A stretch of DNA of 64,000 nucleotides, taken from assembly GCA_976226885.1 (NCBI GenBank), contig OZ320313.1:160208001-160272000 (forward strand). Direction: 5' to 3'. A model generated the notes under the pieces. The model searched no databases, was not told the origin of the DNA, and worked only from the letters and a program-made list of their open reading frames with translations. Source of the DNA: Iphione sp. A-MEVVRFRX5 (lineage: Eukaryota). Below, piece after piece: positions 1-15,100 of the stretch. Position numbers and translations under genes: made by a program. Every line of letters begins with the position of its first letter. Positions within the stretch are counted from its first letter, which is position 1.

Positions 1-176
1 ACATTGTATGTATATGTAGTGTCTTCTACCTAACCATACCACCTGTTCCGGTCAGAAAGTGATGGCTACCCTTTATATCAGGACGAAATGAGGATAAGGC
101 TCGTCCTAAATCCTGTGTAATTATTCTATTAACCACTGAAAATAATATCAGATACTTCATTTATTTCCTTTTACAG

Positions 177-3100
177 ACATATATTGGAGACATCCTCGTA
201 GCAGTCAATCCCTACAGACAGTTGGGCATCTATGACAAAGCTGTAAGTATATTAGAAATCCTTCCATGATATGTGACTCCAATCATGATTCATTTTAAGG
301 ACAAAAAAGTCGCAATGAGCTGGCATATTTCTTCATTAGCTTAATTGTTTTCTTCCTCATATCCGGATAGATGTTTACCATTTCCATAGGGCCTACTTGT
401 ATATATGTGCATGCGCGTAATGAAATTAAGAATATCATTAAAATGGCAGTTAAAGTGTATGGAAGCCGTTTTTTGAATCCTTTGATGATATCCAACATAA
501 CCGTTCTGCATGTGAATATAACTAACATTTTCACTTTCTTGTGGTGATGCGAAACACTGTTATATTTAGCGTCAAATATATATATATATATACATGTGAA
601 TACGTGTGTCTGTTTGTGTGTGTGTCAACGTCTTGATTCCGGTGCAAAAAAAAGCAGTAGGTCTCCCTCAGAATGTCCCGACCTAATTTTCACGGGGACA
701 GTTGTAGCTTCGAGCCTGTTCAACATGGTGTATCTCCCATGTATGACACTTCAACATCCTGTTTACTCTGATCATGGTAGGATATTATATGTTACAAATG
801 ATTAGTTATAAGGTTTATCTAATTTGCCTTCAGATACATCTGGATATTGTCGTGTATGAATGGTTATTGTTACATTGTGACGACACCGAAAGAACTGGAA
901 GGCCGACCAGAAATTGATTCAAAATTAGTGTAAATACAATCAAATCATAGGAACGTTAAGCATGTTTTCTGTGAATATTACTATATCCACAGACGCCATA
1001 TTTCAGTGCGTCTGGCCGCATATACCACAAGCATGCACCCTTGGATCACTGTATCAGCTACAACAAACTCTCACCGCCCTTCTGCACTCATCCTCATTCC
1101 CCTCTCACTCTCCCACTTACAAACCTACAAATACAGTCATGAGTATCTTTTACACTTTTAGATGCAAATAATCAGGCACACTAGTCATTTACACATTCCG
1201 CCTCTTATAAGACAATATAGAAACATGTCACATGGTCAAAGGCGAAGCTTGGTCAAGCCACCACCTGGCTTGGTTATGAAGCATCCTGATGGCAGTATTC
1301 AACAAAACCCTTCTTGGCCTCCCAACCTATAGACATAGTCACTAGTGTTAGTTGCCAAAGTAGATTAACTACTTCTCATCGTTTTTTAAGCCATCTTGCC
1401 TCGTCCTAGCACCGGATGACAACTTTTTCTTTCTTTATTTCCTCATTTTCCTTTCCTTGACGTTACGCATCAGAGCACTGGATAACATCCGAGTAGAGCA
1501 CATTCATTTTTTCTTCCATAGGACGATTTCTTTCGGAATATCTGTAAATTCTGTGACAGTTCTCATACACTTATGTCAAAAAATCTTTAACGAAATTCTG
1601 AGAGAAGGTAGAGTCAACCTAAGATAGAATGAACCCACCATACAGACGTCTACGAACAACGGATTTTTCACATGGCTTTCTCATTTAAACTATACGTACT
1701 TATTTCTAGGCATTTTTTCAACTTCCTGAGAACCAAATTCAAATTATTTAAGCATTCTACTGCAGATATTTTATCACTATTTTCGGGGTTGAGACCAGGC
1801 CCATTTAGAGTTGATCGGTCAGCGGGCAAAATGCTCTCCACTATGTCAGCCTAGTGCAGTATGGGCCAGTCTTGTGCCCTGACTGGTTGTATGCCATGGA
1901 TTTAGATAGGCCTGGAAGGGGGGCTTTACTGGGTGTTCATGGTGGTTTTGGAGAAGCACACGCCTCTACGCAGTGTTCGTGGTGGGTTTACATGTTGCAG
2001 CAAGTGGTGAAATAGCCACTGGATGACCATAGGAGGCTGTTAATATCCCTAATAGCAGGTGACAGCTGTTGTGTGAGTGCGTGTGTGTACACTGTGGACA
2101 TCATGTATAAAATATATTTATGTGCATCCTATTTGAATAAAAGAAATGCACAATCTGCACAGTAATGGTTCAGCTTCAAGATATTTTACACAGAATTGCA
2201 TAATTTACACAGTTCTGGTTCAGTTCATGAAATTTATACCAAGAAGAGCAAAGACTTTACACAGTTATGGCTGTTTCAAGAAATGTCCATAAAGAACATA
2301 CATATATGTATATATGCATATGTGTATGTGTGTGTATGTGTGGTCAGCTGCTACCCTGACCTCCACAATGCAGCTCATAGCTGCATCTCCCACTAGTACC
2401 ATTATTTAAGGGAAATGTCAATGTCAGTTGCAATACCTGGAACCGTGGAAAGAATTTGCCTTTATGTATTTAAAATGTACACATATATGAGCCTGATCTA
2501 TGTACATGTATATAAATTAAATGACATCACTTGAAACCTTGCCACAGAAACACTCACACCTACGTCTCATGTTGCTACATGGTTTTTGTATGCATGTACA
2601 ATCTTCTGGACATCTTCTGGATATACTCTCGTTTCTTAACGCTGTCTATTGGGCATCAGTTTTATGAACCAGCTCCTCTCGACACGTTCAAAGCGTTGTT
2701 TCTGTGATAGATCTTACGTGTTGAACACTTTTTCAGTCAAATAATTTGGAGATACATAAACATGCAGACCCCTTTTGGAGACGCGCTGGACATACAAATG
2801 CTTATATCAAATCAAATCATCAAATCTGAACTAACACGTGTACGAGAACTGTGACGAGGAAATGGCAAGGCTCTAACACATATGAAGTAGACGTGCATTT
2901 TGTTGGTGTGAAATGTATCACAATTATTTGAAATATATATATTTATACATATCACAGTGTAAATGCAGACAGACGAGCGCTATTCAATTTTGCAGCATAG
3001 TTCATCGGTATATTCTTATCTCTACTTCTTTAGAATTAATGTTCCTAATCTGGAACATATTTGTTTTCATTTTATACAGAAAAAGGAATAACCCTCCTTC

Positions 3101-6100
3101 GTTCTCTGGTCTTTAAAATATACTACACTCTATCGAAAGAATAGTAAAACATAAGTATTTATGTACTAGGTCAATTCCTTACCCATTTCCTGTACTTTCG
3201 TAACTATAATGTATCTCTGCAAATTAATCGTGTAAGAAGTACGAGATGGTATGGAACAAGGCAGGGATGAAGTAGTCCCTTCCGTTTGGTTTTAATCCAG
3301 TTAAAATAATTGTACAACATGGCGTTGAATTTACAGGAATCGAGCTTCCAGAGTTTAGTGGAGTGAACGTAGAGAATGTCACATCATGTAATCCCAAGTA
3401 AACTTCTTACTATCAAAATCAAAAGGTTCAGGTGTTCATACCTGATCTGATAACGATCTTCTGCAACGAGGCGAGGTCCGTCTAACGCTTCTAACAGATA
3501 GGCTGTATCTTAAGAATGTTTGTAATAAGAAATCATGTAAGACCCCCTAGGCAGAGTATAGGAACCACAATAGCTCAAAAAACCCACACCGCAATCATTC
3601 TAGTATCAGGTCACACAGATGTGGAACAGGTTAAACATTACAACAGCCTTGAAGTACTTAAACACCCCCGGGATATCAGCTTGATAAAGTCTAATACCTG
3701 GTGTTGTAATCTAAAATGTACAGCATAATTATACATATCTGGTTGAGCATAACAACTCCCTTTCTTTCTTGTTTTAAGTTCGCTGAAAGACGTTTCGGTA
3801 AAACATTGATAAATGAATAGATATTGCAAATCGCAAAGAAATATTGTGGGAATTTAAGTAAAGCAATTACATATGTATGTGTTCTTTTTCATATACATAA
3901 ACATGATCCCTTTTGGAGACGCGCTGGACATACAAATACTTATATCGAATCAAATCATCAAATCTGAACTAACACGTGTACGAGAACTGTGACGAGCGTA
4001 CAACCCAGTGTTTTCTTTCTAGCACTCGGATCAGTACAATGGCACCTCCCGCTCAAGCCAACCACCACACATCTTCGCCGTTGCTGATGCGGCTTACCAG
4101 CGGATGCGAGGAGTCACCAGTATCCCCAGGGATCAGTGCGTCCTTATTAGGTAAGGGGGATTCAACGTCGTCGAACACACACAAAGACAAAATATCCTGA
4201 GATTTACACAAATGAAAATAGTCTAAAATTCACACGACACTATGTCCCCCTTTCCGATGGTTACGCGACATTTGGCTTTACTGGCCATTATCAATAACAC
4301 GATGAAAACGTCTGCAAGACGAATTATGATGTAACCTTGTCATTTATGATAACGTTTATAAAATACGAGTATATATATAATGCGTCATTATATCTATTTC
4401 TCTGCATGTATATGGCTCATCGTCGAACCATTTTCAAAGGTCCTATTCTTAACATTTTTTAAATGAGTAGTCGGGCAATCTTCGCAGCAGATTCCCAGTC
4501 TTATAGGTATTATACTATTTTGTAAATCACATGCATATTTTTACATTCTCCGCCTCATTAGCATTTAATTATTCTGCTTTGTCTTGGTTTGTTAGTCGCC
4601 CTGTGCATCCTTGATTGATAATGTGGATTTTGCGTGAATGTTGCTTGGATAAGGGGAGAAAAAGGCAAGAGATTACCCGACTGTTCTTCTCATTTGCCAG
4701 TGGTGAATCTGGTGCCGGAAAGACGGAAAGTACGAAGTTGATTATTCGACAACTCATCGAACTCTGCAAAGGCAACACCTACATTGAGCAGCAGATCCTC
4801 CAGGTACGTGCATGCCGAAAAGGGTCAGCCGATCGTAAAAAATTCCTTCGCCATTCGCCATACTTCGGTTCTAATTGGGAAAATAGATTTTCCTCTACAG
4901 TAGGACTTCCCCTTGTGGACACCTCTGGGATAAGGACACCTCCCAAATGTGGACGATTTGGAGAAGAACCAACATGTTTCCTATAGTTAAGCAATGTAAG
5001 AGGACCTCCCTAATCAGGACACCCATTTTAGAAGAGCTTCTCCCTGTGGACACCCTCAAAGGGTAGAGCTTTAAGCCTGTGTACATGTTTTTGTGTGAAT
5101 TTGCACCTTAAAATGTGAATTTACACCTTGAAATCAGTCTAAACCCACCTATTTGCAGTTCAAACCCCCACAAGACCCCCCACCCACCCCCATTTGCAGT
5201 CTAAACCTGTGAATTAGCGGTCTATACCCACCGGGGGTGTCAACAGCGACCTTTCTGATGTCTCTCACACCTTGAAATCAGCACTTTTTTGAGCCTTATA
5301 AATTTTGAGGGACAAGAAATAATTGCATTTGCATTTAAATTATTCCACTTATGTATGTTAGTGGGTCTCTACATCGTGTAGTTCCTTTACATCCCCCAAC
5401 CCACCGACATATATGGGTAATTTTACACTTATACACATAACACAATCTTAGCCTTTCCAAATGTGTGCACGGTATCCTTCAGATCCAATGACTGTCCACA
5501 TTTCCACATTTAACTGTATTTCCTGACGATGAATGATTATGGGAAGACCGGGTAGAAAAGTACTTATCGTCGCGGTTTGTTATTATCATTCGTTAGATAA
5601 TTAGGACGTAGGAATGAGTCCCCTTCTGTGTACGTTTCCTTATATATGTATTTCCAAATGACCTCATAATTCAGTAGGCGATTTCCGTCCGCCTTGGCTG
5701 TATTCTAAACCCGACGTCAGTCAGCATGGTATCGATAGCCTTCTCGCTTAGCACGGGGTGATTCAGCCTAGGCGTTTGAAAAGGAGTGGCAGCTCTGGAC
5801 CACAGAAGAACCGTACACACATCGCATACAAATTTACATCATGCAGCTTCCTATTCACTGAGATAGGACCCACAAATATTGTTTATGTACTTTTCGACGT
5901 ATGTTGTTAGGTCCCAGTTGTAGGAGGAAATCAATAAAAGACGAAAACAATTGGCAAACGAAAACGGCAGTACTGAGAAAATTTGTCGTTTTAATCAAGC
6001 ATACGAAACTTAAATCTGGCCATGCCTGTGATATACAGCGGTCTGTCTATCACCGACATTTTTGGATCCTGATGATGCCGTCAGTTATGTGGGAATTATC

Positions 6101-9100
6101 GGTTGTGGAATTTTATTTGTCGTGAACTACACGTTCTCTTTCCTCAGTAATTAGTGGATAAAATAGTATTGTTCGTTATCCGGTTGTCAGTTATTTGGGA
6201 ACTACGTATATATTAACTTATATATAATTTAAATGAACAAAGAATATGTTGGCTGAATTGGAAGAGGTAACTAAATACTAGTTAAATAAATTAGTGGAAT
6301 AAATCCAATCTGAAATGCAATAATTTCTTTTGTGAGATTTTACTAGGAGAGTTAGCGAAAAGTTATACCTTGTAGTGTCTATGAAAGCTTGGGTACTGGA
6401 ACGTTCGGCCACGTTGCAAAACCAATGTATCCACATCAGAAGTTAAATATGTCGGAACTATATCCTTGGAGGGTTCTCATCCTAATTTATGTATGATCAG
6501 TACTGTTGAAGATAATATTCTGGAATTTTTTTGCTACACCATGTACTGCGCTCACCCTGCTGCCCTTTAATGTTGATAATAAAACTGCGTAGCAAACTTA
6601 TAATTATTTTATATTTCTGGCCATAGTTACCATTGAACAATGTTAGTTTGGAGACCTCTCCTTGACAGTGTTTTCTCACAAATACCCCATTCGCGTTTTT
6701 ACAGTGCAATCCCATACTCGAAGCTTTTGGGAATGCCCAGACATCTATGAACGACAACTCAAGTCGATTTGGACGATATATCCAACTCCGGTTTAAAAAC
6801 GGCCAAGGTGTGTTGAAAACTGCATCCAATGTAATCAGGAATATATTTTCTGTAGTCACTGTTGCCCCCACCGATCGCTTGCCTTTGAATTTAGACAAAT
6901 ATATTTAACCGATCGTGGTAATCTAGAGGTACCTTTCTGAGAAAGTGAACAAGGTAGCAATTTTAGCGGTATCCTGTATGGCTGTTTTCTCTCTCGCCAA
7001 ATGAAAAAAGCACGTGCTCTTATCTAGATCAACTATTGCTATACTTGGAAGGTCGTGCTACTTGCGTTTTTAAGAGCTGGCTAAATAGTCGCTTCAGTGA
7101 ATCGATATTCAGGGAATCGACATTCAATGTGTTTTGCACAGTTATAGACTCCCTTGTCTGATACCTGTAAAGAAAATTGCCAAAGTACGAATCGCCCTTC
7201 AAAAAAAGCCCTCAAAACAGTTAGCTCGATATTGTTCTTCGTCTTGGAAACGAAGGTCATCGGAATAATTTCTTTGAAAAACATGTTTGTATTCGTAGTA
7301 TAGAATAATGGAATTTTGTATCGTGTACGACTATTCGAGCAAAACCGCGAAAGGAATAATTTGAGTGTATTTATTCGCATTCCCGACTTTGCTTTTTGTT
7401 CTTTTCGGTTTGCTGAATTGAAGTAATGGGAACGAAAATTAATGAATACCTGCTGGAGAAGTCTAGGCTCGTAACACAGGGCCGCGGGGAGCAGAACTTT
7501 CATATCTTCTACTACATGTTTGCTGGGCTGCCCGAGGAGATTCAGCAAACTTACTGCCTAGATGATCCTTCAAAGTACAGGTAAATACACCCCCTGAAAA
7601 TCAACTCCTGCAAATGTTCGAGATCTCAGAAAAATCACAACAACGAGGTTAAGATTTGACAAAGACTTAGCACTGACGTCCATCTTGTTCTGTGCCTTAC
7701 TCTTTTCAATGACGGAAGTTATATGGGGCACTATATGCTTCGTACTATTAAACGATCCTCATTTTATATCGGGATTCATTTTTTCAGTTACCTGAGTGAC
7801 GGTCTTGGAGTACTGAAGACGGATAAGGAGGGTTTAGTGCAGAAATATGAGGAGCTGATAAATGCCCTCGACATTGTCGGATTCTCAGATACAGTATGTT
7901 TTTTTCATTACAAGTGTACATTGTAATAATTGAATCCGAAGGCATATCTGTGTTTCCAGTAGCCAGACTGACCCTTCATTGTGGCCGGTGTAACTTTGTG
8001 TTGCTTTGTATATACATGTATCTTGAGATGACTGGTCGTATGATACCAGGTCCATTAGGATCTATGCAGTAGAGGTGACATCACCATATACATTTGTTGC
8101 TTTTAGTATCACTTAACACTAAATAAATGAAAACTAAAAAGTCACCGACTGACCAACCCTATCATTTTTAACGTGATCGGAAACACAGATATATAAGCCT
8201 AATTATTCACCCGTGCAACAATTTCTTTGATGGCTCGTGTTGTTAATCTTATGTTTGTCACGATTAAACATCCTATGCCTTTCCCATAAATATAAAAGAG
8301 AATAAGCATTCTCTGAAGTTTCTGGCAAGTCCTCAAAAATCCATTGGATACTGTATCAGATGTATTCTATTTTTCATTTCAATGGGCGTGCTGTAAAAAT
8401 CACATTAAACTAGTTGGTATTTTGGACATAGTTAATGCAAAAAGAAAAGGATATATATCGAAACAACGTTCATCTACAAATAACGGTCGCCTTTCGCTCT
8501 TGGCATGATGCCCGTTGGCATGGTGTGTGGCCATTGTAGCTCTAATTATGGCTGCAAAATTGTAACACTTACCTACAATTTACCTAGGAGCAAAACGACA
8601 TGTTCACCGTCCTCTCCGGAGCCCTCAACATTGGTAACATCGAGATTCATAGCAATGACAAAGACGAGGCGGTCTTGGCAAATCCTGGATCGGCCAACAC
8701 AGTAGCGGTAAGTACAACGTATTAAGCATGCAGTCGAATCTCCGCAATAGAACCACTTTCCTAAGGTGAGAAACAGAGACAGACAGAGATGGTCAGGCAC
8801 AGAAAGAGACAGGTAGGCAGATAGTAAGCAAGACAAACACATTTTAATGTGCGACCAGGTGTATGAAGTGGAATGGTAATACATTCTGTTTTCCCGACCC
8901 CCCAATATCTGACAAGTACTGTGGATCGGAGAGGATTGTGGTGTCAACCAAAGTAAAACCCTAGATTTTAGGTGCCCAGTGCCCAGCTCCCTAGTTATCC
9001 TTCAACATCTACATAGTCCTCGTGTCCGCAAATAGGGTCTATCTTACTGAAGTGAATGGCTCATACCTTTTTCCTAACAAAAGTAATTTAAAACAATACT

Positions 9101-12100
9101 ACCCACACTAGAGGCACCACCGATTTCTGACTTTTCCTCTTAATAGGACTATGTTGCCAGAAAACACAGTCCAAAGTTTTAGGGGAAAAAATCAGATTAA
9201 TGACTGCATGCACCCTTCAGATGAAACGACATAAATTACATCTGGTCTGCGCTGGTGACAAAAACCTCAGTGATTGTTGTCTTAATAGCAGTCATTTCTG
9301 TAGTAGCGAATCCGGGGACGATTCCAATAAAGTCTGGTTTACCCTTGCAGTCTACGTGTAAGAAAGTGCCCAGAGGGGATGCATAGATCATGTCATGATC
9401 CACACTTCAAAATACATTGTTAAATTGATGTGTTATTCTTATTAACCTAGGTGTTTGTGTTAAAAAAACATGATGTCTGTCAACTTACATTTAACCTTTT
9501 CTGAAGTTATCGATCGCCATACATGTATTTTTTCTACCTTTGCTACCCTATCTCATTCTCTTTATCTTATACGTAAATTATTCTGCTTATCATTTGCGTT
9601 GTTCCCTTTCTGTATGTCTAAACATGTAGGAGAATCTGTGAAATATACGTTAATATCAACTAGAAAATATTGGCTTCATCGAGATATTAATGGAAAACAA
9701 TTGTGAAAGAGTGTAGTAACTATATTATCATGCCCCGTGTATGAGTGCCTTATCATTGTGTATATTCATATTACATGTAGTTTCAGGTACCTACTGGTAA
9801 TAGCAGAGAAATGAACTAGACAATTCTGCGGGTGCGAACTGTAATTCTGTATGAACAGGTGAAATACCAGAGCAGTATGTATCAGCAAATTAATAAACAC
9901 GGGTGAACATTTTCGTCTTCAACTAATTCAATCTTTCAATCGTTTGTAGAAGCTCATTGGCCTTGACGCTGCCGAGTTAAGAGGTCTGCTAACGTCTTCT
10001 GTGACCTTTGTCAAAGGTCAAGAAATTAAGAGAAACTACACGGTTGCTCAAGGTCTTGGTAAGTAACTTTCTGCGGCTCAAAACCTAAGGCCTGAGTATA
10101 CTTAAAAACCATGATTTTAGGCCTTAAGGTTCACTATCCATGCAAACGTTTTGGCTCACTGACCCATGGTTAAGGTCATATTTCTATGTATCTGTGAAGT
10201 GTGTAGGCGTTACCATGGCGTTGATGCCGTGTAAAGTCCATCATATTACATCTCTGTAGAAAACCATAGTTCACATTCCAAACACACATACACAGGCATG
10301 AGAGCACAGTGGAATGGGACACGCTCCATTCCAAAAACAACCTTCACAGAGACATGCAATATGCTACATGTTACATATGTACATAGATACTCTTCTGCTG
10401 TTATTCTGTGTTCAAAAACATTCTAAAATCACGTTGCCATGGTAGATGCAGACATATGTCCATTGATATTAAGCCTTTTTCCTGGAAATGAGCCATGGTC
10501 TGTGTAAAAGTCCGGAAGGAAGAATGACCCACGCTCATTCTTTCACTTGCCACCGGCCCACCAATGGGCCTAGTACCGCAAGCAGTACAATGTATTCCCC
10601 TGTGGACACAGAAGGTGTGGAAGCGATCGTGTTAGATGGTTTCATTTCAGACATATTCAAACTAGGTTTATATTATGCAGAATTCACCCATTTTTTTCTG
10701 AAATCTGTACATAATAGACACGTGTTATGCAGAAGCCACCCCTTCTTGTAAATAGTCAGCCCTAGTTAACCAAACAATCTATCTTTTTTCCAAACTATTT
10801 GGTCAACCAGAGGTTTCCGATAAATCATAGAATAGAGGGAAAATACCACGTTTTATGGATTAAAATGGTTGATATAACTAGGGAAATCAGTCATATGGGA
10901 TTTAGTTAGCTGATGATGACTCTATATATGCTTCATATCTATGTTGTGCAGTGCAGAAAGAACCATTTACATGTTATATTATCAGAATGCAAGTTTGAAG
11001 CAGATTACCTACTGGCCTTAGATATAAATGGCACTACCACATCCAGATATGATGTCAATGCTTCTTCTCCCGTCTTTAGATTCACGAGATGCCATCGCCA
11101 AGGCAGTGTATGGACGCCTCTTTGGCTGGATCATTAACAAGGTCAACCAGCTGCTTGCTCCAACAGAGATGCTTACTAAAGAGCAGACCCAGGAGATTGA
11201 TATTCTGGATATTTTTGGATTTGAGAAATTCGACAACAATGGCTTTGAGCAGGCATGCATCAACTTGGCCAACGAGCAGTTACAATTTTTCTTTAACAAG
11301 GTACAACCTGTTTACATAGATATATACTTTATATACATGTACATATATTTAGTTTTGAAATGAGACACACACAGTACTTGTTTATTGCTGCCCTAAAAAC
11401 GGCATTATTTTGGCTCAATCCATTTTAAGAGATATTCTTCGACCAATTATGAAGCCACCAATTATTATAGAGTGAGACTACAGTTAAACGTAGAACAGGC
11501 ACCCCATGCTGGTTTTCTTCCTCTCCTAATGAATAGAACACAGGGCAAATAGTTGACTTCTATTTCAAAGGTACTGCTTATATTTTCATTTCTGAAAATG
11601 AACACCGTTATGTGTTATTTCATACATTAAATCAGTCACCTATATGAACGGGGTCTGTTGAACAAAGGGATTCGTAAATATAGAGCAAAGTAAGTGGCTA
11701 ACCATACATGAATAAATGCACAACATTTTCCATATCTCATGAAAAGAACATGTCATATTATATGTTAGCATGCCTCGATTGAGGAGACCGGGATTCAAAT
11801 ATATTTGAACATGTACATTGATTCCAATACCCATACAAACCTCCTATCCAAACAGAATCACCTTAGACGGACTCTGTTCAGATGTCCAGAGTGCATTATA
11901 TGAACAAAAGATGGAATAAAATCTTCGCGACAACATGACCTTGAAACCAAATATGTTCCAATATGCGTGCTCCGTAATGTGTGAATGCGTCATTTCTTAT
12001 AGCATATTTTCCTGCTTGAACAAGAAGAATACCAGAGAGAAGGTGTCGATTGGCGAGAGATCAAATTCGTTGACAATAAGGACATTCTGGACTTGTTCCT

Positions 12101-15100
12101 CGGGCGCCCGATCGGAATTCTCAGTCTTCTGGACGAAGAGAGTCAATTCCCCAATGTAATTAGCACATTTTCGCATATTTCTTATGTGGGATTTTTAAAA
12201 AAAAAGTTCTATACACACGATTAGAGAAATGAAACTTTAATACATGTATATACCAACCCCCCGTAGACAAATATGCATCTTTGATCTTACAACGTTCAAG
12301 ACAAACTACACCCCCCGTCGCACCATGTCATGTAAAGAATACAAAGTTATTTCCTGTATTTTTTTTATCCAATGGCTAGGTTTTATCTATCTCACTCTAT
12401 CTTTCCCAGGGCACCGATTTGTCATTCGTAGAAAAAGTGACGAATAAATTTGACGATCATCCTAACTATGTCAAGTCACCTCACAGTGGTGTAGGAGTGT
12501 TCACCATCAAACACTACGCCGGAGACGTAAGCGGGCTTTGCATCCTATCTGTTACTTCCTGGGTCAATGCTATTTATATTGCAGTGGGATCAGTCCGTAC
12601 GTGTGCTAAGGAAGATCCTCTTACTTTTGCAACTATGTGTAGCGGCGACAAATGGGACTTATTGTGTACGAATGTAGGTCAGAATAAAAGGTTTAATACA
12701 AATCGGACTTGAATAATACTATGTGCAATGTTAGACATTGAGAGAAACAGCACCGGAGGAGAGGCTTAGTGCTTTCTTAAAGGTAAAATTACTGTCCAGT
12801 ATTCCTTAAAATGATTTGCTGTGTCAATTTTAAAAGTGCAACTTCCCTGCGGCTTTATCGCTACAACCGTGTTCCAATTCTGCAGATAGTGATTGCAACT
12901 TTTTCACATTTCAGATTAAGTACACAATCGACGGGTGGTTGGAGAAGAATAGAGACACAGTACCTCCTGGCGTTATGGAGATGCTTCAGCAGAGCAAGAA
13001 TGAGTTATTAGGCCTCATCTTCCGAGGTAAGAATTCAGGAAGGCCTCCTGCGGAGGCAGTGACAGGGCCATCTGTCATTCGTTCCCTCAAAAAGTCTCAG
13101 TCGTCAAGCGCATATTCAATCAACTCAGAGAAACACTTAAAAAGTTACTTTTCTACCCAATCTTTCACTGTAAGACTGATACGATTTCACGACGTATACG
13201 TACATCCACTGTACATATACATTTATACTGAAGTTACGTTTGTGACTCTCCTGGCCAAAGTAATTTTGATTTTTCCGTCCATTCCCTAAATCCTCCAAAT
13301 TGATTCCATCATGTGGAGTCGAAATGGCAAAATAAAAAGCTTGACTCAGAATATGCTCCTGTGGTGATAAAAACCCCTATAATCGTTCATAGGAAGGGTG
13401 ACACGTACTGGAACGCTTGCTCTACAAGGAGTGGGTGCCCGAGAAACAAAACGAGTGGTAAGCAACATTTGGCAATATAGCATTCAAGTTTATTGTCTAA
13501 GTTTGCTAACGGTTGATTTATATGTGCAATACTCATAACACTGTACATTCACATCCGTCTTATGAACTACTGCTGCTTTCCTTCGGTAGGCCAGAAATGC
13601 TGCCACGAGTGCTAAGGAGAGAAAGATGACCGTCAGTACTCAATTCAAGGTGAGGGACAAAAGACACATTTGTGATTCCCAAAATGGGGCAGGGAGGCTG
13701 AAACCGAGGTACCTATGTAATATGTAGCTGATTAAGTGAGCATTTTGAATATAAATACTTAGTCTATGCAGCACTCTCTTACGGTACTCCTCTGTTTGTA
13801 TATAGAACTCGCTACAAGTGCTGATGGAGCGAATGACCTCGGCTGAGCCCATCTTCATCCGTTGTATTAAACCCAATAACCAAAAGTCGGCCGGCGTCTT
13901 CATCGATGACTTCGTTCAAGCACAGGTAAGTCTTCCTCAAACAATGTGTACAGCCATTTTGCTTGTATCTATGTCAAAACGTAACCCACTGATATTCTAT
14001 CCGTGGCATCTGTAATTGGCATATTTACATTAGCTAAACTTTCATATGTCAGCCTTATGGCGCCAAGTCCTTCTTGGCAGGCTTTGTCCTCTTTAGTCAT
14101 AGGCTGTGTACTGTAGAGTGAGTCTATACTAGAGTACAACACAATGCAGGAAGTAGGGTCACTCGGTGCAGTTCGGTGGCACCACTGAGGCCACCTGAGT
14201 TTGATACACGGTAGCTAGAGAAAGGGCAACAGAGTGCACATCAGTGGCATTACCTAGGCCACTGCACCAGCGGTAATACTGAATAAGGTTATATCACCAG
14301 CATCACCTATTTTAGTATTGAAACAATGTATTCAAACTGCTAATCTATGATTGGCTGGTAGATAGGTCAGTGGCACCACTTCAGGCTTAGTTACACTGTA
14401 TTTATGTTAGTGGTTCCCCATTAGTTAAAAACATTTTATCGAGTGTGTGTATAGTTACTAAGTATACATTTGATTCCATACTGGAATCTGATTGGTTGCA
14501 CCTGGACTGGTAATCTGGCAGCTACTCAACTAGAAATATAGGCCCTGTGTGGCCAACAAACAGACTTAAAACTAGGACTGATTGTAGAACTGCTTTATTG
14601 AACCCACTTACAAATCACAATACCGGCATGGAAGGTCCATCTCAGAGATCAGAGTCCTTGAATCAGCAGACTAGAGTTCACAGCTCTCACCTGTCTCCAT
14701 GAGCCTGGAGCACAGCATGTCTGGTTCCATGCTGGCAAACTCTCATTCTTCTTTTAGCCTGAAGCATTATCATGCTGGCCGACAGCTCAGTGTAGAATAT
14801 TAAGAGGTTTGGTTTAAGCAACCACTGTCGAAAATATTCTGCGGGTATAGAGCATAGCCTGTTTATGCACTGCGCCTCTCATACTGATCATGCCCCTGGA
14901 GTTTTGAGAAAATACCACTTTGATATGTAGGCTCAGGCCTGTAGCGAAGCATTTTTGTTGGGGGTATCTGAAATTAGAGAGGTCACTCCTGTTCACCAGG
15001 TTTTTTTATTCTGTTGGTTGACCCCATGGCCTTAGTGGGGGGTATTGGGCATTACACGAATGAAGTCACGTTGCCTATCACAGTAGATGCACAAAGTAGT

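Noticed and set aside
6497-7548. Minus ORFs 6497-6898 (133 aa) and 7081-7548 (155 aa)
   Set aside because: They are antisense shadows of myosin exons plus intron sequence, with no recognisable domain.
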